Shown here piece after piece: positions 8,589 to 16,148 of a stretch of 16,148 bases of DNA. This stretch comes from Bdellovibrionia bacterium. GTDB taxonomy: Bacteria > Bdellovibrionota > UBA1018. The position numbers and the translations under genes were made by a program. Where the stretch lies: assembly GCA_045805065.1 (NCBI GenBank), contig JBJMMA010000133.1, forward strand, positions 1 to 16,148. Reading direction: 5' to 3'. The notes beneath the pieces are model-generated. The model was not told the DNA's origin. It saw only the letters and a list, made by a program, of their open reading frames with translations, and ran no database searches. Numbering within the stretch: the stretch's first letter is position 1; each line of letters starts with the position of its first letter.

Positions 8589-8966
8589 TTATTGCTGATT
8601 TTGTGGCAAACCGTCCGCAATTTCATAGTAGTCGCCTTTATTGGCGACATAGATATGCATTCGCAACTGTGTCTCGGTCGGCGTATCAAAGGCTCCCATA
8701 GCGAGCGCGATCCAATCTTTCCCATCTGCATCCCAGAAGAGCGATGAGCCGCAGGTCGAGCAGAAGCCGCGTCGCACATTCTCAGTGCGGTACCATGTGA
8801 CCTGCTCTTGGCCACGAAATGTCACCTCAGAGCGTGGAACGTCGGTCGATGCCTCAAAGTGACCTGAATGTTTTCGGCATTGCGTACAATGGCATGCACT
8901 GGGTGCAGGCAGTTTTCCTTGAACTTCAAAGCTTACAGCACCGCAGAGGCAAGATCCTTTGTGCAT
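8589..8966 (-). CDS. GFA family protein (glutathione-dependent formaldehyde-activating/CENP-V-like Zn protein)
   Basis: GSCLCGAV, CHCTQCRK, RGFCSTCGSSLF, HIYVANK; SD AAGGA. Confidence 0.93.
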   Translation of the reverse strand: MHKGSCLCGAVSFEVQGKLPAPSACHCTQCRKHSGHFEASTDVPRSEVTFRGQEQVTWYRTENVRRGFCSTCGSSLFWDADGKDWIALAMGAFDTPTETQLRMHIYVANKGDYYEIADGLPQNQQ

Positions 8967-9022
8967 AGCGTATTCCTTTCATTGCTCAACAGCATTGTCG
9001 GCGATGGAAAAGATCCGCCGGT

Positions 9023-9067
9023 GTATCTATTGGTACTTCAAAATACGTCAGAGTACGGTTATAATAC
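9023..9067 (+). promoter_or_regulatory. Sigma70-type promoter overlaid by a phased RTAY direct-repeat array
   Basis: TTCAAA (9037-9042), 17 nt, TATAAT (9060-9065), 7 nt, ATG (9073). RTAY units at 9023, 9033, 9043, 9053 and 9064. Confidence 0.65.
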
Positions 9068-9072
9068 AAGAA

Positions 9073-9537
9073 ATGAATAGCCAACAAGCGTCAAATGATC
9101 TCGTTTTCTTTACCTCTGCGGAAGTCGCGGACATCTTGAAAATGCATCCGCAGGTCATTGCTCGTAAGCTCCAGGCCGGAGAGCTTGAGGGTTACAAACT
9201 TGGCAAAGACTGGCGCGTCTCTAAGGATCAACTTCTGCGTTATCTTGAACGCCATTCTAATCAAAGAGCCGCGAAGAGTCCTGAAGCCAAGACCGTTGGA
9301 GCTTTTTTCGAGGATGGTAAATTGAAGTCCATTCCAGCGACGCGCTCTAAGCGTCTCTTGGTGCTAAAGCATCTAGTCTCTAAACTAGATGCACAAAAAG
9401 TTTACACTGAGACTGAGATCAATGACTTTCTAAAGCCCTTTCACTCTGACATTTGCACTCTTCGCCGCGAGCTAATTATTAACAAGCTCATGGTAAGGAA
9501 TAGCGGTAAATACAAAGTCGTGGGATGGAACCGTTAA
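9073..9537 (+). CDS. Excisionase-like HTH (HTH_17) fused to DUF2087 winged-helix domain; putative regulator
   Basis: FTSAEVADILKMHPQVIARKLQAGELEGYKLGKDWRVSKDQLLRYL fits HTH_17. FFEDGKLKSIPATRSKRLLVL...YTETEINDFLKPFHSDICTLRRELI fits DUF2087. Start moved to ATG 9073 (154 aa) because the 8959 start overlaps the divergent gene and lies upstream of the promoter. Confidence 0.88.
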   Translation: MNSQQASNDLVFFTSAEVADILKMHPQVIARKLQAGELEGYKLGKDWRVSKDQLLRYLERHSNQRAAKSPEAKTVGAFFEDGKLKSIPATRSKRLLVLKHLVSKLDAQKVYTETEINDFLKPFHSDICTLRRELIINKLMVRNSGKYKVVGWNR

Positions 9538-9539
9538 GG

Positions 9540-9595
9540 ATGCTTCGGGATACGAACTTTTATGATTCGTATACTCGCTAAAACTGCATTTAAAC
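9540..9595. repeat. Second phased array plus inverted repeat upstream of the DHFR-like gene
   Basis: Units ATGC 9540, ATAC 9550, TTAT 9560, ATAC 9571, AAAC 9581, AAAC 9592; inverted repeat ATACGAA(9550-9556)-N9-TTCGTAT(9566-9572); TATACT at 9570-9575. Confidence 0.4.
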
Positions 9596-9653
9596 TTCCT
9601 TTCTGCCTGATTTGTCTTATGCTCACGCAATATATTTCTTCGGAGGACCTCGT

Positions 9654-10298
9654 ATGTCGAAAGTCGTAGTTCGCGCCTTTGCCTGTTCAATGGATGGTTT
9701 CGGAGCCGGCCTTCAGCAAAGCGAGTCCGAACCTTTCGGTAAAAACGCCATTCAGATCATGAACTGGTTTTTTCCTACTCAGACCTTCCAGACCATGATC
9801 GGCAGAGAGAAAGGCAGCACAGGGCTCGACAACGACTACGCGGCCAAAGCTTTTGAGAGCGTAGGTGCCTCGATCATGGGTCGCAACATGTTCAGTCCTC
9901 TTCGTGGTCCTTGGGCCAATGAGGACTGGAAGGGCTGGTGGGGTGAGAATCCTCCTTTCAAACACCCCGTTTTCGTGATGACTCACCATCCGCGGCCCAG
10001 CTTGAAGTTTGAGAACGGAACCTCCTTCCACTTCGTCAACGGCTCGCCGGAAGAGGTCTTGAAACAAGCCCAGGCCGCGGCCGGTGGCAAAGACGTCAAG
10101 ATCAACGGCGGCGTCGCCACAGTTCGGGCCTTCTGGAAAGCCCGGCTCATTGATGAATTGCATCTGGTGATGGCGCCCGTTTTCGTGGGCGAAGGTGAGA
10201 AGCTCTTAGGCGGGCTAGGAGTGGAGATGGATTACGAGGTAGCCAGCTTCGAGGCCTCTGAAGCGGCTGTGCATTACAGGATCGTCAAGAAACGCTAG
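9654..10298 (+). CDS. Dihydrofolate reductase family (RibD C-terminal domain) protein
   Basis: FACSMDGFGAG, ASIMGRNMF, WWGENPPFKHPVFVMTHHPR, KDVKINGG, LIDELHLVMAPVFVGEGEKL. Start at ATG 9654 has SD GGAGGA, better than the TTG at 9612. Confidence 0.92.
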   Translation: MSKVVVRAFACSMDGFGAGLQQSESEPFGKNAIQIMNWFFPTQTFQTMIGREKGSTGLDNDYAAKAFESVGASIMGRNMFSPLRGPWANEDWKGWWGENPPFKHPVFVMTHHPRPSLKFENGTSFHFVNGSPEEVLKQAQAAAGGKDVKINGGVATVRAFWKARLIDELHLVMAPVFVGEGEKLLGGLGVEMDYEVASFEASEAAVHYRIVKKR

Positions 10299-10302
10299 AT
10301 CG

Positions 10303-11184
10303 TTAACTTGAATCGGAATTGAGTTTTGTTTTCCTAAGGATGTCTGCTGCTTTTTCAATGCTCTGCTTGATTCGCTGAGTTAACCTCGCGTTTACTTCTT
10401 CAGTAGCCTTACTTCTCTCCAGGAGCTGCGCTGAAAGGGACGCCGTAGTCAGTACGGAAAGCACGTCATGGCGGACCTGTGCGATGTAGGTTTCCCGTAC
10501 GTCTCTCTCAATCCGTAATATTTCGATGGCCTTTGTGGCATTATTATATCGCTGCTGGTTGTACAAGGCGAGGGCCGCGCGGCTGGCAACCTCCTGAGCG
10601 AGTTGCAAGTCTTCAGGTTCTAACCTCCGATTGCTGTCTGAAGTGCTGAGCCAGAGTGCTCCTAATATCTTTTGGTGAGCCTCGCACGGCACACAAATGT
10701 ACGATCGAACTCCCGTGCGTCGAATAATCTCGAAGAGCTCGGGGTAGCGTATCCTTCGGCGCTGCTCCTCAGCATGGGAGTCGAATTCGCGGTCATACTC
10801 GGGTTTGCTTGTGCGAATAACATGGCCTGTGCCGAAATTATCGTCGAGTGACGGTAAGTACTTAGTTAAAAGAACTCTAAGCTGGTCGGCCTTTTCATGA
10901 TTTGCATGTGTTATAGCGACTCGCTCAATCGTTCCATTCTCTTTTAAAATTGAGATTGCAGCATTATCCGCAAAGTCTGGCACCAGCAGATTGGTGAGCT
11001 GCTGAAATACTTCCTGATCCGTGAGACAAAAACTCAGACGTCGGCTGACCTCTGTCAGAAAGGCAAGGCGGGCCACGGTTTGCTCTAGCGCATCAAATTG
11101 GTGCTTTTCGTAAGATGCCTCGGGTGCGATCTTCAGTTTTTCCGTTTGATTAGCCATCCTTCTCGACATCCTCCGCTGTGTCAT
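10303..11184 (-). CDS. GAF domain protein with C-terminal HisKA/DHp-like helices and no HATPase domain
   Basis: RLAFLTEVSRRLS...LVPDFAD...GTGHVIRTSKP...SYICVPC...LGALWL...EDLQLAQEVASRAALALYN (GAF), then RHDVLSVLTTASLSAQLLER (H-box-like), then about 40 aa to the stop. Start uncertain (11184, 11169 or 11157). Confidence 0.8.
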   Translation of the reverse strand: MTQRRMSRRMANQTEKLKIAPEASYEKHQFDALEQTVARLAFLTEVSRRLSFCLTDQEVFQQLTNLLVPDFADNAAISILKENGTIERVAITHANHEKADQLRVLLTKYLPSLDDNFGTGHVIRTSKPEYDREFDSHAEEQRRRIRYPELFEIIRRTGVRSYICVPCEAHQKILGALWLSTSDSNRRLEPEDLQLAQEVASRAALALYNQQRYNNATKAIEILRIERDVRETYIAQVRHDVLSVLTTASLSAQLLERSKATEEVNARLTQRIKQSIEKAADILRKTKLNSDSS

Positions 11185-11223
11185 CTCATGTGAGTTGCAT
11201 ATCTTGCACTCAATGTAGCTGTG

Positions 11224-11868
11224 TTAGCGCCAGGGCGAGCAGAGGATGATGCTGCAGATGTCTGCCCGCTGAAAAGAAGGATCCTTGAATGCGAGAAAAT
11301 CGTCGTTGAAAGTGCCGAACGTGCTGGCAGGCCGCTGCTTCAGCCCCTGATAAAAAGTGTCGATCACCTCGTGCGCGAAATCGTGACTGCGGGGACAGGC
11401 CGCAATCACTGCTTCGCGCTCCTGCTCAGTGAAGTCAGCATATCCGCGGCCCACCATGTCCATGCCGGCGCCGGCCTGCACCAAGAAGATTTCAGGGTGC
11501 ATATGTTCCGGAATGCCGGGCGTCGTATGGAGGGCGATCGCAAGCCAGACTTTCTCGATATCGCTTTCGGCGATCCCTCGAGCGCGCAGAAAGTCGCGCG
11601 CCGCGTTCGCGCCATCGACCTCGAAGCGTAGCTGGCTGCCGTGGTAATGGGGCGTAATGCCGATATCGTGGAACATGGCGGCGGCGTATAGCAATTCCGG
11701 ATCGAATTTCAGATGTTTGCGTTGTCCGATCATGGCGCCCCAAGCATAGACACGCCTGGAATGCTGGAACAGCATCTCGCTTTCGGTGTCGCGAATGAGC
11801 TGGGTGATGTCGCGCGCAATGCTACTGTCCGGTATCTTTACGCCAGCGATCTGGGTCTCGTTCATCAT
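11224..11868 (-). CDS. HD domain metal-dependent phosphohydrolase family protein
   Basis: FQHSRRVY, AAMFHDIG (HD), FEVDGANAARDFL, AIALHTTPG, AGMD. SD TAAGGTG; start 11868 or 11865. Confidence 0.92.
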   Translation of the reverse strand: MMNETQIAGVKIPDSSIARDITQLIRDTESEMLFQHSRRVYAWGAMIGQRKHLKFDPELLYAAAMFHDIGITPHYHGSQLRFEVDGANAARDFLRARGIAESDIEKVWLAIALHTTPGIPEHMHPEIFLVQAGAGMDMVGRGYADFTEQEREAVIAACPRSHDFAHEVIDTFYQGLKQRPASTFGTFNDDFLAFKDPSFQRADICSIILCSPWR

Positions 11869-11891
11869 TTCACCTTAAAGTTCAATGCAGG

Positions 11892-11921
11892 TTTTGGACA
11901 TTTGGGCGGTTTTTGGGCGGT
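11892..11921. repeat. Tandem direct repeat TTTGGGCGGT x2 in the divergent HD/antiporter promoter
   Basis: Exact copies at 11901-11910 and 11912-11921 (11-bp period), preceded by degenerate TTTTGGACA. Confidence 0.55.
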
Positions 11922-11946
11922 ACGCTGCTCGCAATGAAGAAAGTAA

Positions 11947-13530
11947 ATGGAAGTTTTTAAAGTAGTCATTGCCCTCCTTGTGGGGGGCGCACTGCTCGCT
12001 GCGCTGGCGCGCCGAATCGGGGCGCCATATCCGGCGCTCGTGGCTTTGGCTGGTGCTGTTCTTGCCCTTGTACCCGGTGTGCCAACGCTCGTTCTCGATC
12101 CCGAATTGGCGCTCACACTCTTTGTTGCGCCAGTTCTGGTCGATGCGGCCTTTGATGCCTCCCTGAGGGACCTTCGATCCAACTGGCGTCCGGTGACGAG
12201 CCTCGCATTGGGTGCAGTGGCTCTCACGGTCGCAGTCGCCGCGATCGTGGCTCACGCTCTGGTTCCGGAAATGCCTTGGTCAGCCGCGATCGCTCTAGGT
12301 GCCATAGTTGCTCCTCCGGATGCCGCTGCTGCCACGGCCGTGCTGAGACAACTTCGACCTCCGTACAGGATGCTCGTCATCTTGGAAGGAGAAAGCTTAT
12401 TCAACGACGCAAGCGCCCTGTTGATTTACCGACTTGCAGTGGGTGCAACGCTAGTTGGAACTCTATCGGGGTGGAGTATTCTTCCAACGTTGTTGGGTGT
12501 GACATTGGGAAGTGCCCTCCTGGGAATTGTGCTTGCTTGGAGTATCCTTAAAGTCTTTGCACGCATCCATGACATGGCCACTGCAGTGATTCTGCAGTTT
12601 TGCTGCTCCTTTGGCGTCTGGACCCTGGCCGAGCAGATGCATTTGTCGGGAATCATCACTTGCGTCGTGTTTGCAATGTCCGCCTCGCGAAAATCCTCCG
12701 AGTTTATGCCTGCACGACTGCGAATTCAGGCTTGGGCGGTTTGGGAAGTCGCTGTGTTCGTGCTCAATGTGCTAGCCTTCGTGCTCGTTGGGTTCCAATT
12801 GAAGCTAATCGTGGCACGAGCATCGGGACACCTGGGTGACTACGCCATTGTCGCGGCAGCCGTCTGTGCCGCCGTAATCCTGGCTCGCATGGCTTGGGTC
12901 ACTGCAGCTGCGGGAGTAGTCCGATGGAAACACTCAACGGGACGGAAAAAAGCCCGTACTTCAGACGCTGTCGGGCTCAATCCCAAATCAGCTGCCGTGG
13001 TGGGTTGGTGCGGAATGCGTGGAACCGTTACACTCGCCGCAGCGCTTGCACTTCCAATCTCTTTTCCGCAACGTGATATGGTTCTTGCGACAGCCTTCGG
13101 CGTGACCCTAGGTACTTTGGTTCTTCAGGGGCTTACTCTTCGTCCAATTCTGCTTTGGCTGCAGCTTCGGGATGAGGGCCAGGTCGAGCACGAATTGCTC
13201 CTGGCCAGATTGGAGATTCTGAGAGCCGCGATTTCTGCTATCGCAACCTGCCCAGGCGCAGAATCCTCCGGTCACGTCCGACAGACCTTCGAAATGCAGC
13301 TGAGCCGAGCGGAAAAGGACTTCAATGGAGCGTCCTTGAGTCAGCATAAAGCAGACTACACTTCCAAAAACGGGGAAGTTTCAGCCGCGCTAGCTGCGAT
13401 TGAGGGACAGCGACGGTGCTTGATGGCTCTTAGAACGGAGGGCAGGATCGGTGACGAGGCTTTTCATCGTATCGAAGAAGAGCTCGACTGGATGGAGCTA
13501 GGTTGGGAGCAAGCACTGCGATTTGAATAG
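11947..13530 (+). CDS. CPA1 family Na+/H+ antiporter (YjcE/NhaP-like)
   Basis: Multiple hydrophobic segments; GAIVAPPDA, ILEGESLFNDA, WCGMRGTVTLAAAL, TLVLQGLTL; cytoplasmic tail ending GRIGDEAFHRIEEELD. Confidence 0.94.
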   Translation: MEVFKVVIALLVGGALLAALARRIGAPYPALVALAGAVLALVPGVPTLVLDPELALTLFVAPVLVDAAFDASLRDLRSNWRPVTSLALGAVALTVAVAAIVAHALVPEMPWSAAIALGAIVAPPDAAAATAVLRQLRPPYRMLVILEGESLFNDASALLIYRLAVGATLVGTLSGWSILPTLLGVTLGSALLGIVLAWSILKVFARIHDMATAVILQFCCSFGVWTLAEQMHLSGIITCVVFAMSASRKSSEFMPARLRIQAWAVWEVAVFVLNVLAFVLVGFQLKLIVARASGHLGDYAIVAAAVCAAVILARMAWVTAAAGVVRWKHSTGRKKARTSDAVGLNPKSAAVVGWCGMRGTVTLAAALALPISFPQRDMVLATAFGVTLGTLVLQGLTLRPILLWLQLRDEGQVEHELLLARLEILRAAISAIATCPGAESSGHVRQTFEMQLSRAEKDFNGASLSQHKADYTSKNGEVSAALAAIEGQRRCLMALRTEGRIGDEAFHRIEEELDWMELGWEQALRFE

Positions 13531-13650
13531 CGCCATTACAAGCCAAGCCATGTGAAAAACCCACACTCACTCGACAGGTCAACGATACGTGGGGCAGAAG
13601 TGGGGCAAACTGCCGAAATGGCCTGTAATGCTTACTCATCACCTCTACTC

Positions 13651-13666
13651 GGGCTTAGGGATTGCA
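13651..13666 (+). promoter_or_regulatory. Possible sigma54 -24/-12 promoter for the poly-HAMP kinase
   Basis: GGGCTTAGGGATTGCA: GG(13652-53)-N10-GC(13664-65) with TTGCA, about 65 nt before the ATG. Confidence 0.3.
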
Positions 13667-13730
13667 ATTATGCATCAGCTCCTGAGTATGTTTCACATGC
13701 GACCGGCTGCATTGGTCAAAGGAGTTTAGG

Positions 13731-16148
13731 ATGGCCGCTTCGGGCTCAGCACGCCGTGCGAAAACGTCTCGTTCGCGATCGAAGATTGCCGATAAGCCAA
13801 GAGCTGATTCGGCTCGTCCTCTAACGGCTGGTTCGATCGGGCTGACGCGGAGTGAGTTTCCTGAAATTCAATCCGAGGACTTTCGCCAGCGCTTAAAGAC
13901 AACATTGACTGCATTTAACAATGGCGACTTTTCAGTCAGAATGCCGGTTGACTGGGATGAGCCGCTTCGTGACATTTCGGCGCTTCTCAATACAGTCATC
14001 GAGAAAAACCAATCTCTTACCAAAGAGCTGACACGAGTGAGTGGCCTGGTTGGTCGCGAAGGGCGCTTAGGTGAGCGAGCAAAAGTAACGAATGTCGATG
14101 GACAGTGGGCGACAAACCTCGAGGCTGTAAATTCTCTCATTGGAGAACTAGCACGGCCTACGACAGAGATCGCCCGCGTTATTCAGTCTGTCGCAATGGG
14201 CGACCTTTCCCAAAAAATTAATGTCGAAGCACAAGGAGATATCAAAATCCTTAAAGAAACCATCAATACCATGGTGGATACGCTTCGCTCGTTTTCATCG
14301 GAAGTGACACGCGTCGCAAAGGAAGTCGGTACTGAAGGAAAGCTGGGGGGCCAAGCCGATGTAAAAGGCGTTTCGGGAACCTGGAAGGAACTTACAGACA
14401 ACGTCAACGGTCTTGCGAGCAATTTAACAGACCAGGTTCGAAACATTGCAAAAGTGACAACGGCAGTCGCCATGGGGGATCTCTCTCAAAAAATTACTGT
14501 TGAAGCGCGCGGCGAGATTTTAGAACTTAAAAATACGATCAATACCATGTTGGATCGCTTGAACTCATTTGCTGCCGAGGTCACGCGTGTTGCCAAGGAA
14601 GTCGGCACTGAAGGACGCTTGGGCGTACAGGCGGATGTTAAGGGTGTATCTGGCACATGGAAGGACCTCACTGATAATGTCAACACCATGGCGGCGAATC
14701 TAACGGTCCAGCTACGAGATGTCTCGAAGGTGGCGACTGCGATTGCAACGGGTGATCTCACTCAGAAAATTACCGTCGAAGTTAAAGGTGAAATCCTTCA
14801 AATCAAGGAAGTGATCAACAGAATGGTGGAGATTCTGGGTTCCTTCTCTTCAGAAGTCACTCGCGTTGCTCGAGAGGTCGGAACTGAAGGAAAACTTGGA
14901 GGTCAGGCCGACGTAAAAGGCGTAGCAGGTACCTGGAAAGATTTGACGGATAATGTGAACATGCTCGCTGGGAACCTGACAGCGCAGGTTAGAAACATCG
15001 CGAAGGTCACGACGGCAGTGGCAAAGGGCGATCTTTCGCAAAAAATCACAGTTGAGGCAAAAGGAGAGATACTGGCGCTGAAAGAAACCATCAATATCAT
15101 GGTGGATCAGCTCAATTCTTTTGCATCAGAAGTCACGCGTGTGGCTCGTGAGGTGGGGACTGAAGGAAGACTTGGAGGTCAGGCTCAAGTTCTTGGCGTT
15201 TCAGGTACCTGGAAGGACTTAACTGAGAACGTCAACCAGCTTGCTGGTAACCTTACAAATCAGGTTCGCAACATCGCGCAAGTGACTAAAGCAGTTGCTA
15301 GTGGCGACCTTTCCAAGAAAATCACAGTCGAAGCCAAGGGCGAGATATTTGAGCTCAAAGACACGATCAACATCATGGTTGAGCAGCTTCGCGACTTTGC
15401 TTCTGAAGTCACCCGTGTTGCAAAAGAAGTTGGCGTCGAAGGTAAACTCGGTGGTCAAGCTCAGGTAGCAGGAGTTGCCGGAACCTGGAAAGATCTCACG
15501 GATAGCGTCAATCAGCTCGCAGCGAATCTGACGAATCAGGTTAGAAATATCGCTTTGGTCACTACATCGGTTGCCAACGGCGATCTGTCAAAGCAGATCA
15601 CCGTCGAAGCCAAGGGAGAGATTCTAGAGCTCAAGGACACCATTAACACCATGGTCGACCAGCTCCGTGCGTTTGCATCCGAGGTGACTCGCGTCGCTCG
15701 TGAGGTTGGAACCGAAGGAAACCTAGGAGTTCAAGCTGAAGTCAAAGGTGTCGCTGGAACCTGGAAGGACTTGACTGATAACGTGAATATCCTAGCAGGC
15801 AACCTCACAAATCAGGTGAGAAATATCGCATTGGTCACGACGGCGGTTGCTAATGGAGACCTGTCTCAGAAAATCACGGTACGCGCGAAGGGCGAAGTTC
15901 TCGAGCTGAAAAACACGATCAATACCATGGTCGATCAATTGCGTGCCTTCGCCTCTGAAGTGACGCGCGTTGCCCGTGAAGTCGGAAGCGAAGGAAAGCT
16001 TGGAGCTCAGGCCGAAGTGGGAGGTGTTTCCGGCACCTGGAAAGACCTCACGGATAGCGTGAACTTTCTAGCGGGTAACCTCACCGCACAGGTCAGAAAT
16101 ATTGCCGCTGTCACGACAGCAGTCGCAAAAGGAGATCTTTCCAAGAAA
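13731..16148 (+). CDS. Soluble poly-HAMP sensor protein, probably a hybrid histidine kinase (Nik1/Os-1/OsaA-type); 3'-truncated by window edge; not in ORF track
   Basis: SD AAGGAG, 6 nt, ATG 13731: [11 protein letters not shown]...[15 protein letters not shown]...[11 protein letters not shown]. Then repeated [91 protein letters not shown], in one frame to the window end. The kinase domains are inferred and would lie outside the window. Confidence 0.93.
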   Translation, partial: MAASGSARRAKTSRSRSKIADKPRADSARPLTAGSIGLTRSEFPEIQSEDFRQRLKTTLTAFNNGDFSVRMPVDWDEPLRDISALLNTVIEKNQSLTKELTRVSGLVGREGRLGERAKVTNVDGQWATNLEAVNSLIGELARPTTEIARVIQSVAMGDLSQKINVEAQGDIKILKETINTMVDTLRSFSSEVTRVAKEVGTEGKLGGQADVKGVSGTWKELTDNVNGLASNLTDQVRNIAKVTTAVAMGDLSQKITVEARGEILELKNTINTMLDRLNSFAAEVTRVAKEVGTEGRLGVQADVKGVSGTWKDLTDNVNTMAANLTVQLRDVSKVATAIATGDLTQKITVEVKGEILQIKEVINRMVEILGSFSSEVTRVAREVGTEGKLGGQADVKGVAGTWKDLTDNVNMLAGNLTAQVRNIAKVTTAVAKGDLSQKITVEAKGEILALKETINIMVDQLNSFASEVTRVAREVGTEGRLGGQAQVLGVSGTWKDLTENVNQLAGNLTNQVRNIAQVTKAVASGDLSKKITVEAKGEIFELKDTINIMVEQLRDFASEVTRVAKEVGVEGKLGGQAQVAGVAGTWKDLTDSVNQLAANLTNQVRNIALVTTSVANGDLSKQITVEAKGEILELKDTINTMVDQLRAFASEVTRVAREVGTEGNLGVQAEVKGVAGTWKDLTDNVNILAGNLTNQVRNIALVTTAVANGDLSQKITVRAKGEVLELKNTINTMVDQLRAFASEVTRVAREVGSEGKLGAQAEVGGVSGTWKDLTDSVNFLAGNLTAQVRNIAAVTTAVAKGDLSKK
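13923..16148 (+). repeat. 276-nt (92-aa) intragenic tandem repeat (poly-HAMP units)
   Basis: Gly-Asp motif codons at 13923, 14199, 14475, 14751, 15027, 15303, 15579, 15855 and 16131, each exactly 276 nt apart. Confidence 0.95.

Noticed and set aside
8959..9072. N-terminal extension of the 192-aa ORF
   Set aside because: Overlaps the divergent GFA start and contains the promoter; ATG 9073 fits better.
9073..9537. Excisionase-like HTH as evidence of a prophage or ICE
   Set aside because: No integrase, att site, tRNA or phage gene in the window; the DUF2087 fusion fits a regulator better.
11934..11960. 8-codon ORF MKKVNGSF overlapping the antiporter start
   Set aside because: No SD and easily explained by chance.
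13552..13824. 90-aa plus-strand ORF
   Set aside because: GTG start with no SD, no motif, and it overlaps the better-supported kinase start at 13731 in another frame.
13868..15458. Series of minus-strand ORFs with repeated motifs (e.g. [16 protein letters not shown])
   Set aside because: Antisense shadows of the plus-strand poly-HAMP gene.
13923..16148. Regular repeats as a possible CRISPR array or other non-coding repeat
   Set aside because: The period is 276 nt, the frame is open, and variation is largely synonymous; these are protein repeats with no repeat-spacer structure.

Overview
Bacterial accessory region, about 50% GC overall and compositionally patchy. I found no rRNA, tRNA, CRISPR array, transposase or integrase. 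From left to right: (1) a minus-strand operon (secreted Cys-nucleophile alpha/beta hydrolase, SDR, RibD_C reductase, second SDR running off the left edge) divergent from a LysR regulator; (2) thioredoxin and a PhyH-like Fe/2OG dioxygenase; (3) an RlmN/Cfr-family radical SAM RNA methyltransferase and a compact type IA topoisomerase; (4) a GFA-family protein divergent from an excisionase-like HTH_17-DUF2087 protein, then a second RibD_C/DHFR-like reductase; (5) a GAF + HisKA-like protein with no ATPase domain, an HD-domain protein and a CPA1 Na+/H+ antiporter; (6) the 5' 2.4 kb of a soluble poly-HAMP (Nik1/OsaA-type) sensor kinase, missing from the ORF track, starting at 13731 and running off the right edge. 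The most notable unexplained signals are helically phased 10-11 bp RTAY arrays on both sides of the apparently leaderless HTH_17-DUF2087 gene, a perfect 15-bp palindrome in the topoisomerase promoter, and the ATPase-less GAF-DHp protein. All family calls come from motif recognition by eye; no database search was run.
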